From NCBI GenBank assembly GCA_963727525.1, contig CAVSGO010000008.1, positions 96,001-160,000 on the forward strand: a stretch of DNA of 64,000 nucleotides, in the 5' to 3' direction. Shown one piece after another: positions 28,316 to 37,848 of the stretch; within the stretch, counting starts at the first letter, position 1, and each line of letters begins with the position of its first letter. The translations under genes and the position numbers were made by a program. The notes under the pieces are model-generated. The model saw nothing but the letters and a program-made list of their open reading frames with translations. It was not told the origin of the DNA and ran no database searches. This DNA is from an uncultured bacterium (GTDB lineage Bacteria > Krumholzibacteriota > Krumholzibacteriia > LZORAL124-64-63).

Positions 28316-30456
28316 GGCGATCTCCACGGCGAGGGGCCGGGCGCGTCGCCCTTCCAGGTGAGGTCGCGGCGCAACGCGTCGAGCAGGCCGCCGACGAACT
28401 CGCCCACGAGATTGGCCGGGCCGTCGGTCGCGGACGTGCCGGACGGTCCGTCGAAGTGGCGGAAGCCGTCGGCGTCGACGTCGCCGGGGGCGCGGCCCGG
28501 CGCGCGGCGCACGAGCAGGGGCGCGAGCCAGGCCTCGATCTGGCGCACGGCGTCGACGATCATGGCCACCGGGCCACGTTCACCGGGCGTGCCGGGCTCG
28601 CCGTGGGCGGCGTCCCAGTCGCGGCCGATCGCGGGGTCGCGGCCCTCGTAGGTGGCGAGGAAGTTGGCGACGGTGCGGCTGAAGTACGTGGTGTAGGCGT
28701 CGGACACGAGGGCGTCCTTCACCTGGGGGAACCGGTCGAGCTGCATCGCCTCCAGCGCGGGCGGCAGCGCGAACTTCTGGCGCGCGACGATGGTGACCGA
28801 CGTGGTGTCGCCCGGCTGGCGCGCGAAGGTGACGATGCCGTCGTCGAACTGCGCGGAACCGTTCGCGCTGGTGACGGTGCGCCAGACGATGCGCTGCGTG
28901 TCGGCGCCGTACTGCACCACCTCGAGCTTGCCGACGTCGATCACGTCGCCGCCGAAGAGGGCGATCCAGTTGGGCTGGGGCAGGTAGATGTTGCGCTCGG
29001 CCTGGCGGATCACGCGGCCCTGGTCATCGCGCGCGAGCACCACGTGCGTGCCGCCGATCGAGTCGTTCATGGTGCGTACGGCGCTCGCGACGTCGACGCG
29101 CGCCACGAACGCGTCGTACGGGCGTTCCACGAGCTGCCGGTACTCGAAGAGCACCGAGCCGTCGAGATAGCGCCAGCGCAGGCCGTTGCGATCGGCCGGC
29201 ATGGCGTGCACGAGGGCGGCGAGGGGCTCCATGTAGTCGATCACGGCGGTGTAGTCGTCGGTCGGGAACGCGCTCGCGTCGAACCCGAGCGAGGTGGCGC
29301 GGCGGCGCAGGCCGTCCTTGTCGGCGAGGATGCGGCCGGTCTCGGCGGCGCGCACGACGGCGCCCAGCCAGAAGTTCACGAGCGTCAGGCCCCAGAGTTC
29401 TAGCGGCCGCGTGCCGGTGACGCCGGCGAGCAGGGCGTTCACGCGCTCGTCGATGTCGCTGCGGAAGGGGAACAGCTCGGTGTCCACCTGCTGCAGCCAG
29501 GGTTCGAGCGCGCTCACGAGGGCCGGCGACTGGTTGCGCGCGCGCACCGAGTCGCGCAGCAGCACGGGCACGTTGCGCCAGCCGGCGTAGGGCGCGCAGT
29601 CACCGTCGAGGCGGTGGCGCCGGGGCAGGCCGCCGGTGCGCAGCAGGGCGGCGTGGGGCCGGCTCGTGTAGGGGTCGAGGCCCATCTTCAGGGCGCCGGC
29701 CCAGTCGGCGAGCAGCAGGTCGGCGCTGGCGATGACGGTGTGCGTGGGTAGCGGATCGGCGCGGCGGCTGCCCGCGGCGCCGTGATTGCTGACGGTGGCG
29801 TCGATGAGCGTGAAGTGCGGCGGCGCGGCGCGCAGCAGGTCGCGGGCCACGTCGGCCGGGTCGAGGCGACGGCGGTAGTGGTAGTCCTTGTCGCGCAGGG
29901 GGAGCACGCCCAGCAGCGTCTGCAGGCCGAGGTGGTAGCCGTCTTCCTCGTCGGTCTTGCTGCGCGCGAAGACGAGGCGCACGTCGGCCTCGAGCCAGGT
30001 ACGCGCGAGGGGCGTGCCGCCGAGCACGCCGTCGGGCAGGTCGGGCAGGGGCACGAGATCCTCGCCGAGGTCGAGCACGTCGTAGGCGTGGCCGTCGTCG
30101 GTGGTCCAGCGGTAGCCGGCGAGGTCGGCGAGCACGGGCACCTCGCGGTTGAGGGCCCAGAGGTCGGCCCGCCCCGGCGCGTCGACCACGTCGATCCGGG
30201 CGTAGCCCTGGGCGATCATCAGGTCGATGAGATGCTCCACCAGGCGCGGATCGGTGCCCGTGGCGCCGGCGCGCGCGAAGACGGCGAGGTCGGGCTTGAT
30301 GACCACGCGCAGGCTCTGGCGCTTGCGGCGCGTGCGGCGGCGCACCGCCTCGAGCGCGTCCCAGAAGCCCGACGCCGCGAGGGCCTGGGCGAGCAGGTCG
30401 CGCGGGGCGGCGGCCGGATCGTGCGCGATGGCGGCGATCACGGGGGCGTCGCTCAT
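28312..30456 (-). CDS. DUF362 domain protein with SRPBCC-like C-terminal domain
   Basis: VVIKPDL, TDPRLV, FARSKTD, TLIDA...G, DLLLADWAGALKMGLDP; ATGA overlaps at both ends. Confidence 0.8.
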   Translation of the reverse strand: MSDAPVIAAIAHDPAAAPRDLLAQALAASGFWDALEAVRRRTRRKRQSLRVVIKPDLAVFARAGATGTDPRLVEHLIDLMIAQGYARIDVVDAPGRADLWALNREVPVLADLAGYRWTTDDGHAYDVLDLGEDLVPLPDLPDGVLGGTPLARTWLEADVRLVFARSKTDEEDGYHLGLQTLLGVLPLRDKDYHYRRRLDPADVARDLLRAAPPHFTLIDATVSNHGAAGSRRADPLPTHTVIASADLLLADWAGALKMGLDPYTSRPHAALLRTGGLPRRHRLDGDCAPYAGWRNVPVLLRDSVRARNQSPALVSALEPWLQQVDTELFPFRSDIDERVNALLAGVTGTRPLELWGLTLVNFWLGAVVRAAETGRILADKDGLRRRATSLGFDASAFPTDDYTAVIDYMEPLAALVHAMPADRNGLRWRYLDGSVLFEYRQLVERPYDAFVARVDVASAVRTMNDSIGGTHVVLARDDQGRVIRQAERNIYLPQPNWIALFGGDVIDVGKLEVVQYGADTQRIVWRTVTSANGSAQFDDGIVTFARQPGDTTSVTIVARQKFALPPALEAMQLDRFPQVKDALVSDAYTTYFSRTVANFLATYEGRDPAIGRDWDAAHGEPGTPGERGPVAMIVDAVRQIEAWLAPLLVRRAPGRAPGDVDADGFRHFDGPSGTSATDGPANLVGEFVGGLLDALRRDLTWKGDAPGPSPWRSP

Positions 30457-31713
30457 GCCGGCTCTCCTGCCGTCTCTCCTGCCGTCTCCATGGGGCTCAG
30501 CAGCGTGGCGTGGTGGAAGCCCAGGCGCGGATCGGCGAGGCGCGACATGGTGGGGCGGTATTGCTGCAGGTCGGGCATGGGCACGCGCTGCCGCAGCTCG
30601 AGCGACGGGTAGTCGTAGATGGTGACGTGGTTGCGCCCGCGGTTGGCGGTGAAGAGCAGCGTCTGATCGGCCGAGAGCTGGCAGGCGTGCACCGAGTCGA
30701 GCAGGGTGAAGCGGCTCACCCGTAAGGCTCCTGCGAAGTGGCGGCTCTGCGGCGCGAAGTTCACGCGCGCGAAGGCGTCGTACACCTGGCTGGCCATCTG
30801 ACGCGCGCAGCCCGCGGCCGCCACGAGGTCGGGCTTCTCGTCGATGAGGCGGTAGTCGGCGAAGGTCTTCAGGTCGACGAAGGCGATGGTCTGGCTGCCG
30901 CCGTTGCAGAAGATGAGTTCCCGATCGCTGATGGTGACGTCGCTGTTGATGTGCACCGGCACCTCGCGCCCGCTCACCCAGTGGCGCGTGACCACGGCGC
31001 GCGCCGGGTCGATCTCGTAGGCGTACTCCTTGTGGAACGCCATCACCCATTCCTGGTAGTCGCCGTCCTCGCCGGGCAGCACGCGGTACGACACGGCATA
31101 AAAGAGGTCATCGCTGGGGTGCACCGTGACGTGCCAGCAGGTGGTGGGCAGCGGGATGCGCGTGGCCGTGCCCTTCTCGAGGTCCCACACGCCCACCTCC
31201 TGCGCGCGCCCGCCGCGCGAGGGACTGGGGCTGTCCACCGAACCGTAGCAGAGCCAGCGTCCGCTGGGCGTGACCTTCATGCCGTGCGGTAGCTTCACCC
31301 CGTGCTCACCCAGGCGCTCCGGGATGGCCGAGGTCGCGGGTGTCGAAGAGATAGAGGTGCGCGCCGACGGCGGTGATGAAGCGCTGGTCGTCGAGCCACA
31401 CGGCGTGGGTGCTGCCCTGGACGGTGGTGTCGGTGGTCTCGAACTGCAGGGTGGAGATGCGGTCCAGCTCGTCGAGGGTGCGCGGATCGTAGAACAGGAG
31501 CTGCTGGCTGGTGCTGCCGAGGAAACCGCAGGTGCGCGACGGGTTCACGCTCAGCGCGTGGCCGCCCGCCAGCCCGTCGAAGTAGCGGATCTTGTAGGCG
31601 TGCGCGCCGTCGGCCGGGTCGTAAAGAAAGATGCATGCGCCGGCCAGGCCCTCCAGGCCGTTGATGCCGTTGCCGTCGAGGGCGATGTGGAAGGCGTAGG
31701 GATAGCGCCGCAT
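30453..31713 (-). pseudogene. YncE/lactonase-like beta-propeller protein; apparent +1 frameshift near 31320
   Basis: Repeated H-[AGV]-x-x-x-P/D blade motifs (GHALSVNP, THAVWLD, PHGMKVTP, WHVTVHP, VHACQLS, FHHATL); removing one base restores HPERLGEHGVKLPH. Confidence 0.75.
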
Positions 31714-31927
31714 GCCCGCTTCCTCGTCGAGAATCCATTATCGGAGGAAATTTATCCTGGCAGCGACGATAGCTGAAAGCGACGGCGGGCGCATCAGGCA
31801 ATCACGAGACCGTGCTCCAGGTGTCACGGTTTCGTGCTAGACTGAGGGCGCGGGGACCGCGGGGACCTGACAACGAACTGGGAGACATCGGCATGGGAAA
31901 ACCGTCCCGTAGACGGCGGACGTTGCC

Positions 31928-32176
31928 GTGATCGCCGAGGCGGGGCGTGTTCTCTTCGTGGCCGGATTGCTCGGCGTGCTCGGCGCGCAGGTCTATGCCT
32001 GCGTGCGCATCGTGCGCGCGAGCGCCGTGTCCGCGGTGCTGGCGCTCATGGTGCCGGGATACGTGCTGTATTACGTGTGGCGATCGCCGTACCGGATGCC
32101 GCGGCTGGTGCGCCTCTGGTGCGGGTGCGCGGTGGCGATGCTGACAGGGCTGTGGCTGATCACCGTGGTGAGCTAG
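31928..32176 (+). CDS. small hypothetical membrane protein
   Basis: 82 aa with three hydrophobic segments. Confidence 0.65.
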   Translation: MIAEAGRVLFVAGLLGVLGAQVYACVRIVRASAVSAVLALMVPGYVLYYVWRSPYRMPRLVRLWCGCAVAMLTGLWLITVVS

Positions 32177-32262
32177 CCGGGGAAGGGGCGCGCCCGGGAT
32201 CGAGGCGCGAGGCCGCCGCGAATCGCCGATCCATGACGAGACGTGATGCAGGAGGGACCGCG

Positions 32263-32712
32263 ATGACCAAGCTGTGGAAGAAGGGACGCGGCAAGCTGGG
32301 TGCCCTCGCGCCGCTGGTGGGGCAATGGGTGGCCGAGACGTCGACCGAGATGGGGCCGATGCGCTGCACGCGCAGGCTCGAACCCGTGCTCGGCGGTAGC
32401 TACCTGCAGCTCGAGGCGCGCTGGGAGTTCGGCGACGGGCGCGCGTACGAGGAGATCGCGCTGATCGGCGTGGGCGACGGCGGTGTGGTGACGTTCTGGT
32501 CGTTCACGTCCGACGGCAAGCGCTCGCAGGGCTGCCTGGTGGACGTCACCGATCTGCACCCCGAGGCGATCGGCTTCGAGGCGCAGATGCCGGCCGGCCT
32601 GGCGCGCATGGCCTACTGGCCCGATGCGGAGGGCGGCTTCCACTGGGTGGTGGAGGCGCGGCGGCAGAAGGGTTGGCGGCGCTTCGTGGAACATCGCTAC
32701 CGACCGGCGTGA
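32263..32712 (+). CDS. hypothetical protein (DUF1579/lipocalin-like beta-barrel)
   Basis: GGAGG RBS; L.PL.G.W motif, FWSFTSDG, beta-rich. Confidence 0.75.
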   Translation: MTKLWKKGRGKLGALAPLVGQWVAETSTEMGPMRCTRRLEPVLGGSYLQLEARWEFGDGRAYEEIALIGVGDGGVVTFWSFTSDGKRSQGCLVDVTDLHPEAIGFEAQMPAGLARMAYWPDAEGGFHWVVEARRQKGWRRFVEHRYRPA

Positions 32713-32794
32713 TGCGCTACTGACGAATCCCCTTTTTCGATACTCTTTATGTACCCAGGAAAATGTTGTTGGACCCAGGAATTGATGAATCGTG

Positions 32795-32812
32795 ATTGGT
32801 GCCGGCACCAAT
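32795..32812. repeat. 18-bp perfect palindrome ATTGGTGCCGGCACCAAT
   Basis: In an AT-rich intergenic region; shares its core with 3548-3569. Confidence 0.7.
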
Positions 32813-32903
32813 TCGCATGATACGTCAATTACTTGTGGTGGTTATCCGGCGATAGGCCGGTGGGGAGATTGCATCAACAATCTACGCGGTACGAGGTAGT
32901 GAC

Positions 32904-33620
32904 ATGAAGGACAGGCATATCGTGGTGGTGGGCGGAGGCTCGGGCATCGGCCGCGGCATCGCGCAGGCGGCGCACGCCGCCGGAGCCGAGGTGACGATCG
33001 TCGGCCGCACGCGCAAGAAGCTCGACGACGTGGCCGGCGAGTTGAAGGGCGGCGCGGCCGTGCACGTGGTGGCGGCCAACGTCACCGAGGAGGCCGACGT
33101 GCAGCAGCTCTTCGAGGCCGTGCCGCACTTCGATCATCTCGTGAGTACCGTGGCCGACCTCGCCTATGCACCGATCGCGCGCCTCGAGGTGGCGGCCGCG
33201 CGCCGGTCGCTCGAGTCGAAGCTGCTGAGCGCGCTGCTGCTCGCCAAGCATGGGGGGCCGTGGGTGCGCGAGGGCGGCAGCCTCACCTTCATCTCGGGAG
33301 TGGCGGCCTACCGGCCGATGAGTGGCGGCGTGCTCGTGGCGACCGCCAATGGCGCTCTGGCCTCCATGGTCGCGTCCCTGGCCCTGGAACTGGCCCCGGT
33401 GCGGGTGAACGCCGTGTCGCCCGGCTGGATCGACACCCCGATCTGGGACACCGTGGCCGGCGAACGCAAGGGCGAGGTGCAGGCGCAGATGGCCGCGCGC
33501 CTGCCCGTGGGGCGCATCGGCCAGCCGGGGGACATCGCGCAGGCCGTGCTGAGCGTGATGGGCAACGGTTTCATCACCGGCACCGTCATCCACGTCGATG
33601 GCGGCCATCGACTCGTCTAG
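32904..33620 (+). CDS. SDR family oxidoreductase
   Basis: GGGSGIG, RVNAVSPG, GRIGQP.DIA, ITGTVIHVDGG. Confidence 0.92.
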   Translation: MKDRHIVVVGGGSGIGRGIAQAAHAAGAEVTIVGRTRKKLDDVAGELKGGAAVHVVAANVTEEADVQQLFEAVPHFDHLVSTVADLAYAPIARLEVAAARRSLESKLLSALLLAKHGGPWVREGGSLTFISGVAAYRPMSGGVLVATANGALASMVASLALELAPVRVNAVSPGWIDTPIWDTVAGERKGEVQAQMAARLPVGRIGQPGDIAQAVLSVMGNGFITGTVIHVDGGHRLV

Positions 33621-33638
33621 CGACAGGAGAGCTGCCTC

Positions 33639-34079
33639 ATGAGCGAGGTCGATCTGCCGGCCGGATACGCCATCTCCACCGACCCCGTCCGCCTCGACCG
33701 CGACGCCATCTTCGCGTTCCTCTCGCGGAGCTACTGGGCGGCGGGCATCGCGCGCGAGGTGATGGAACGGTCGCTGGAGCATGCGCTGTGCTTCGGGGTC
33801 TACCACGGCGAAGTCCAGGTGGGCTTCGCGCGCGTGGTGACCGATCGCGCCACGTTCGGCTATCTCGCCGATGTCTATATCCTCGAGGAACACCGGGGTC
33901 GGGGCCTCTCGCGTGCGCTCATGGACACGGTCATGGCGCATCCCGACCTGCAGGGGTTGCGGCGATTCATGCTGGCCACGCGCGACGCGCACGGGCTCTA
34001 TCGGAAGTTCGGCTTCACCGACGTCAGCAAGCCGGGGAGCTTGATGGAGATCCTACACCCGTATGCCGTCACACCCTAG
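33639..34079 (+). CDS. GNAT family N-acetyltransferase
   Basis: SYWA, QVGFARVVTD, DVYILEEHRGRGL, LATRDAHGLYRKFGF. Confidence 0.93.
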   Translation: MSEVDLPAGYAISTDPVRLDRDAIFAFLSRSYWAAGIAREVMERSLEHALCFGVYHGEVQVGFARVVTDRATFGYLADVYILEEHRGRGLSRALMDTVMAHPDLQGLRRFMLATRDAHGLYRKFGFTDVSKPGSLMEILHPYAVTP

Positions 34080-34169
34080 ATCGTCATGGCGCATTGCTGA
34101 TCCCGCGGTTCATGGCGATATGGCGGAGGACCGCCGGGACGACGTTTCCCCGACTCAGCAGGACTCACC

Positions 34170-34645
34170 ATGGCCCGATACACCGCCACCATCACCTGGC
34201 GCCGCGAGGGTGCGGCGTTCGTCGACAACCGCTACAGCCGGGGGCATCGCTGGCTCTTCGACGGCGGCGTGGAGGTGCCCGCGTCGGCGTCGCCGCACGT
34301 GGTGCCGGCGCCGATGTCGGTGGCCGCGGCCGTGGATCCGGAGGAGGCGTTCATCGCCGCGCTGGCGAGCTGCCACATGCTGTGGTTCCTGTCGCTCGCG
34401 GTGGAACGGGGCCTCGTCGTGGATTCCTACGACGACGAGGCGGACGGCGCGCTCGGCAAGGATGCGGACGGTCGATCTGGCGATGACGCGGGTGACCCTG
34501 CGGCCCCGGGTGACGTTCGCCGATGCGCCGCCGCCGGCGACGCGCGAGATCCAGCATCTGCACGACGAGGCGCACGCGCGGTGCTTCATCGCGAGCTCCG
34601 TCAAGACGGACGTGCGCTGCGAGCCCCGGGAGGCCAGGCCGATGA
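34170..34645 (+). pseudogene. OsmC family protein; apparent frameshift near 34477
   Basis: YSRGH.W, DPEEAF.AALASCHMLWFL, then in another frame VTLRP, LHDEAH..CFIASSVK. Confidence 0.85.
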
Positions 34646-35043
34646 CGGATCTGACGATCATCCTGGACAACCGCCCGGGAACTCTCGCCGAGATGGGAGA
34701 AGCGCTCGGACGCGCCGGCGTGGGCGTGGAAGGGGGCGGCGCGTGGCTGGTGAACGGCGAGGGCGTGGCGCATTTCCTCGTCGAGGACGGCGCCACGGCA
34801 CGGCGCACGCTCGAGGCCAGCGGCATCACCGTGCGCGACGCCCGCGAGGTCGTCACGCTGCGTCTGCAGCAGGACGTGCCGGGCCAGCTCGGCCTGGTCA
34901 CCCGGCGCATGGCCGATGCGGGCGTGAACATCGAGGTGCTCTACAGCGACCATGACCACCGGCTCGTCCTCGTGGTGGACGACGTCGCGCGCGGACGCGC
35001 GGTCGCCGAAGCCTGGATCCGCGAGTCTGCACGGGGATCATGA
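34642..35043 (+). CDS. ACT domain-containing protein (two ACT repeats)
   Basis: GGAGG RBS; DNRPGTLA...AGV; DVPGQLG...AGVNIEVLYS. Confidence 0.85.
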   Translation: MTDLTIILDNRPGTLAEMGEALGRAGVGVEGGGAWLVNGEGVAHFLVEDGATARRTLEASGITVRDAREVVTLRLQQDVPGQLGLVTRRMADAGVNIEVLYSDHDHRLVLVVDDVARGRAVAEAWIRESARGS

Positions 35044-35540
35044 TGCCAGCGCGCACCGAGACATCTGAGGAAAGGCATGGGATGACGTTCACCGCGCAGA
35101 TGATCGAACGACGGCAGATGGTGGAGGACCGCGTCGTGCAGCTCTTCGTGGCGACCGATCGCCGCGACTGGCCGGCGGTCGCGGAGTGTTTCGCCGACAC
35201 GTTCATCCTCGACATGACGTCGATGGTCGGGGGGACGCCGCAGACGCTCACGCCCGCGGGGATCACGGCGATGTGGGCGGCCGGCTTCCAGAACCTCGAC
35301 CACGTGCACCACCAGGTCGGCAACTTCCAGACGGTGCTCGTGGACGACACGGCGACCGTGCGCTGCCATGGCGTGGCGTTCCATCACCGCGCCGGCATCG
35401 CGGCATCGCTGAAGACGCGGATCTTCGTGGGCGACTACGAGATCCAGCTCCGGCTGGCGGAGCGCGCGTGGCGGATCACGCTGCTGCGCTTCAACCTGAA
35501 ATTCATCGACGGCAATCGCGAACTCGAGACGGCGGAGTGA
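35040..35540 (+). CDS. SnoaL-like / NTF2 family protein
   Basis: D.RDW....CF, HHQVGN, GDY, WRI; start could be 35082. Confidence 0.88.
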   Translation: MMPARTETSEERHGMTFTAQMIERRQMVEDRVVQLFVATDRRDWPAVAECFADTFILDMTSMVGGTPQTLTPAGITAMWAAGFQNLDHVHHQVGNFQTVLVDDTATVRCHGVAFHHRAGIAASLKTRIFVGDYEIQLRLAERAWRITLLRFNLKFIDGNRELETAE

Positions 35541-35544
35541 AGCC

Positions 35545-36171
35545 ATGCCACCCACGGTGAACGCGACCGAGGCCCTGGAGCGCCTGCGCGAGGGCAATCG
35601 ACGCTTCGTGTCGGGCGTGCGCAGCCTCGACACGCTCATGACCCAGACGCGTCTGCACGAGTTCGTGGACAGCCAGGCGCCCTTCGCGGTGATCCTCGGC
35701 TGCTCCGACTCGCGCGTGCCGGTGGAGATCGTCTTCGATCAAGGGCTGGGCGATCTCTTCGTGATCCGCGTGGCGGGGAACATCGTGGCGCCCTCGCAGA
35801 TCGGCAGCGTGGAGTTCGCGGCCGAGAAGTTCGGCACGCGGCTCGTGGTGGTGCTGGGGCACACCCACTGCGGTGCCGTGGACGCGACCCTGGAGCAGCT
35901 CCAGCGGCCGTCGGAACAGCAGTCGCGCAATCTGAGCTCCATCGTCAACCGCGTGCGGGCCTCGGTGGTGTCCCTGCTCGCCACCGACCTCAGGAACGAT
36001 CCCGCCGCCCTCGCCCGGGAGGCCGTGCGCGCGCACGTGCGGGTGTCGGTGGATGCGCTCCGGCACGGATCCGAGGTGCTCGAGCGCCTCATCATGAGCG
36101 ACGACCTGCAGATCGTCGGCGCCGAGTATGCGCTGGAGACCGGCGAGGTGGATTTCTTCGACGTCGTCTGA
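35545..36171 (+). CDS. beta-class carbonic anhydrase
   Basis: EGNRRF, GCSDSRVP, FVIRVAGN, GHTHCGAV. Confidence 0.96.
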   Translation: MPPTVNATEALERLREGNRRFVSGVRSLDTLMTQTRLHEFVDSQAPFAVILGCSDSRVPVEIVFDQGLGDLFVIRVAGNIVAPSQIGSVEFAAEKFGTRLVVVLGHTHCGAVDATLEQLQRPSEQQSRNLSSIVNRVRASVVSLLATDLRNDPAALAREAVRAHVRVSVDALRHGSEVLERLIMSDDLQIVGAEYALETGEVDFFDVV

Positions 36172-36198
36172 CCGACCCCCGATCCCGAGGATGCAATC

Positions 36199-36657
36199 AT
36201 GCTCTACCTGCTGCTGAAGTTCGTGCACGTGCTGTCCGCCATCGCGGCGCTGGGCGCCAACGTCACCTATGGCGTGTGGATCGTGCGCGGGCGCCGCGAC
36301 CCGCAGTCGCTGCTCTTCGCGCTGCGCGGCGTGAAGGTGCTCGACGATCGCGTGGCCAATCCCGGCTACGGCCTGCTGCTGATCACGGGGCTGGCGATGG
36401 CCATGGTCTCGAAGCTGCCGTTCTCCACGCCATGGCTCTCGCTGGCGATGACGCTGTACGTGGTGCTCGTGCTGCTCGGGCTGCTCGGCTACACGCCGGC
36501 GCTGAAGCGTCAGATCCAGAGCCTCGAGAGCGGCGGGGCCGACTCGCCGGCCTATCGGGCCGCGGCCCGCCAGGGACGGCAACTCGGCGCGGTGCTCGGC
36601 GTGCTGGCGATCGTGATCGTCTACCTCATGGTCGTGAAGCCGGCGCTCTGGGCGTGA
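36199..36657 (+). CDS. DUF2269 family membrane protein
   Basis: KFVHVL, LITGL, C-terminal YLMVVKP. Confidence 0.88.
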   Translation: MLYLLLKFVHVLSAIAALGANVTYGVWIVRGRRDPQSLLFALRGVKVLDDRVANPGYGLLLITGLAMAMVSKLPFSTPWLSLAMTLYVVLVLLGLLGYTPALKRQIQSLESGGADSPAYRAAARQGRQLGAVLGVLAIVIVYLMVVKPALWA

Positions 36658-36663
36658 GCGGGG

Positions 36664-37848
36664 CTACATCTTGGTGTCGGAGGTCTCGACCGGCCGGAAC
36701 GTCGGCAAGACCCGATCGAAGATCGCCAGGAGCACGAACGGGATGACGAGGATCACCACCGCCGCCAGGATCCCCTCGCGGTCGAAGAGTCCCGGCACGT
36801 AGGTCTCGCGGAAGCCGCGCATGCTCTTCGAGAACATCTGGCCGCCGATCACCACGTTCCAGCGCATCGAGAACACCTGCAGCAGCATCAGCAGCGAGGC
36901 CACCATGGTGAGCGTGTTGCGGACGCGGTCGGCCAGGTACCGGTCCATCACGACGACGAGCATCAGCAGGATGAACGGGATGAGGCCGCCCACCACCATC
37001 TGGATCGAGATGAACGAGATCGAGAGCTGGTGGGTGAGCAGGTAGCTGATGACCTCCCACTCCTCGGCCTTCTCGTAGGCGAGCGTCATGATCTCCAGCA
37101 CCTCGAGCGTCAGGCTCATGATGCCGAAGAGCCAGAGCCAGCGCGCCATCGCCGAGATCACGGGCTGCTCGATCGGACGGCCCTTGATCTTCATGGTGAC
37201 CTGGTAGAGCACGATGAGCAGGGCGATGCCCGAGACCATGGCCGAGAACAGGAAGATGACCGGCATCAGCGGCGTCGACCACCACGGGTTCGCCTTCAAT
37301 GCGCCGAAGAGGAACCCCACGTAGCCGTGCAGAAGACAGGCGAGTGGGATGCCGATGGCGGCAAGCACGCGAATGATGCGGTGGTCGTTGTGCAGGGCTT
37401 CCGGTGTCACGTCGTACACGCCCAGGGCCAGGCACGAGTAGAATGTCCGGCGCCAGCCGCCGCTGGCGGCGGCACGCGCCACGATATCCGGCCTGAACAC
37501 GAACCAGACCTCGAAGAGCAGCACGATGAAGTACGCCGCGTAGAGGATGCCGAAGCCCGCCATGGCCGAGTTGAAGTTGGGCGTGATGACGATGTTGATG
37601 CCGCGTTCCGGATGACCGAGGTGGTTGAGTAGCGGAAACGTCGCGACCGAGAGGAAACAGAGCGACGTGGCCAGGGCGAAACGCGATAGCGTGCGGAATT
37701 CCTCGCGGCCAAAAACATGGTAGAGCGACGACACCAGGAATGCCCCGGCCACCAGCCCCGTGATGTACGGGTAGAGCACGATCATGAGGCTCCAGTTGAT
37801 GTGGACGTCGTTGGGGAACAGGTAGCCCGTCAGTTCGGAAACCATCAT
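36664..37848 (-). CDS. nrfD: NrfD/PsrC family quinol-interacting membrane subunit
   Basis: YPYITGLVAGAF, HLGHPER, SAMA, LHGYVGFLF, WWSTPLMP..FL.SA, RWNVVIGGQ. Confidence 0.92.
   Translation of the reverse strand: MMVSELTGYLFPNDVHINWSLMIVLYPYITGLVAGAFLVSSLYHVFGREEFRTLSRFALATSLCFLSVATFPLLNHLGHPERGINIVITPNFNSAMAGFGILYAAYFIVLLFEVWFVFRPDIVARAAASGGWRRTFYSCLALGVYDVTPEALHNDHRIIRVLAAIGIPLACLLHGYVGFLFGALKANPWWSTPLMPVIFLFSAMVSGIALLIVLYQVTMKIKGRPIEQPVISAMARWLWLFGIMSLTLEVLEIMTLAYEKAEEWEVISYLLTHQLSISFISIQMVVGGLIPFILLMLVVVMDRYLADRVRNTLTMVASLLMLLQVFSMRWNVVIGGQMFSKSMRGFRETYVPGLFDREGILAAVVILVIPFVLLAIFDRVLPTFRPVETSDTKM

Noticed and set aside
31306-31308. In-gene TGA as selenocysteine or readthrough
   Set aside because: The continuation is in a different frame; a 1-nt indel explains it
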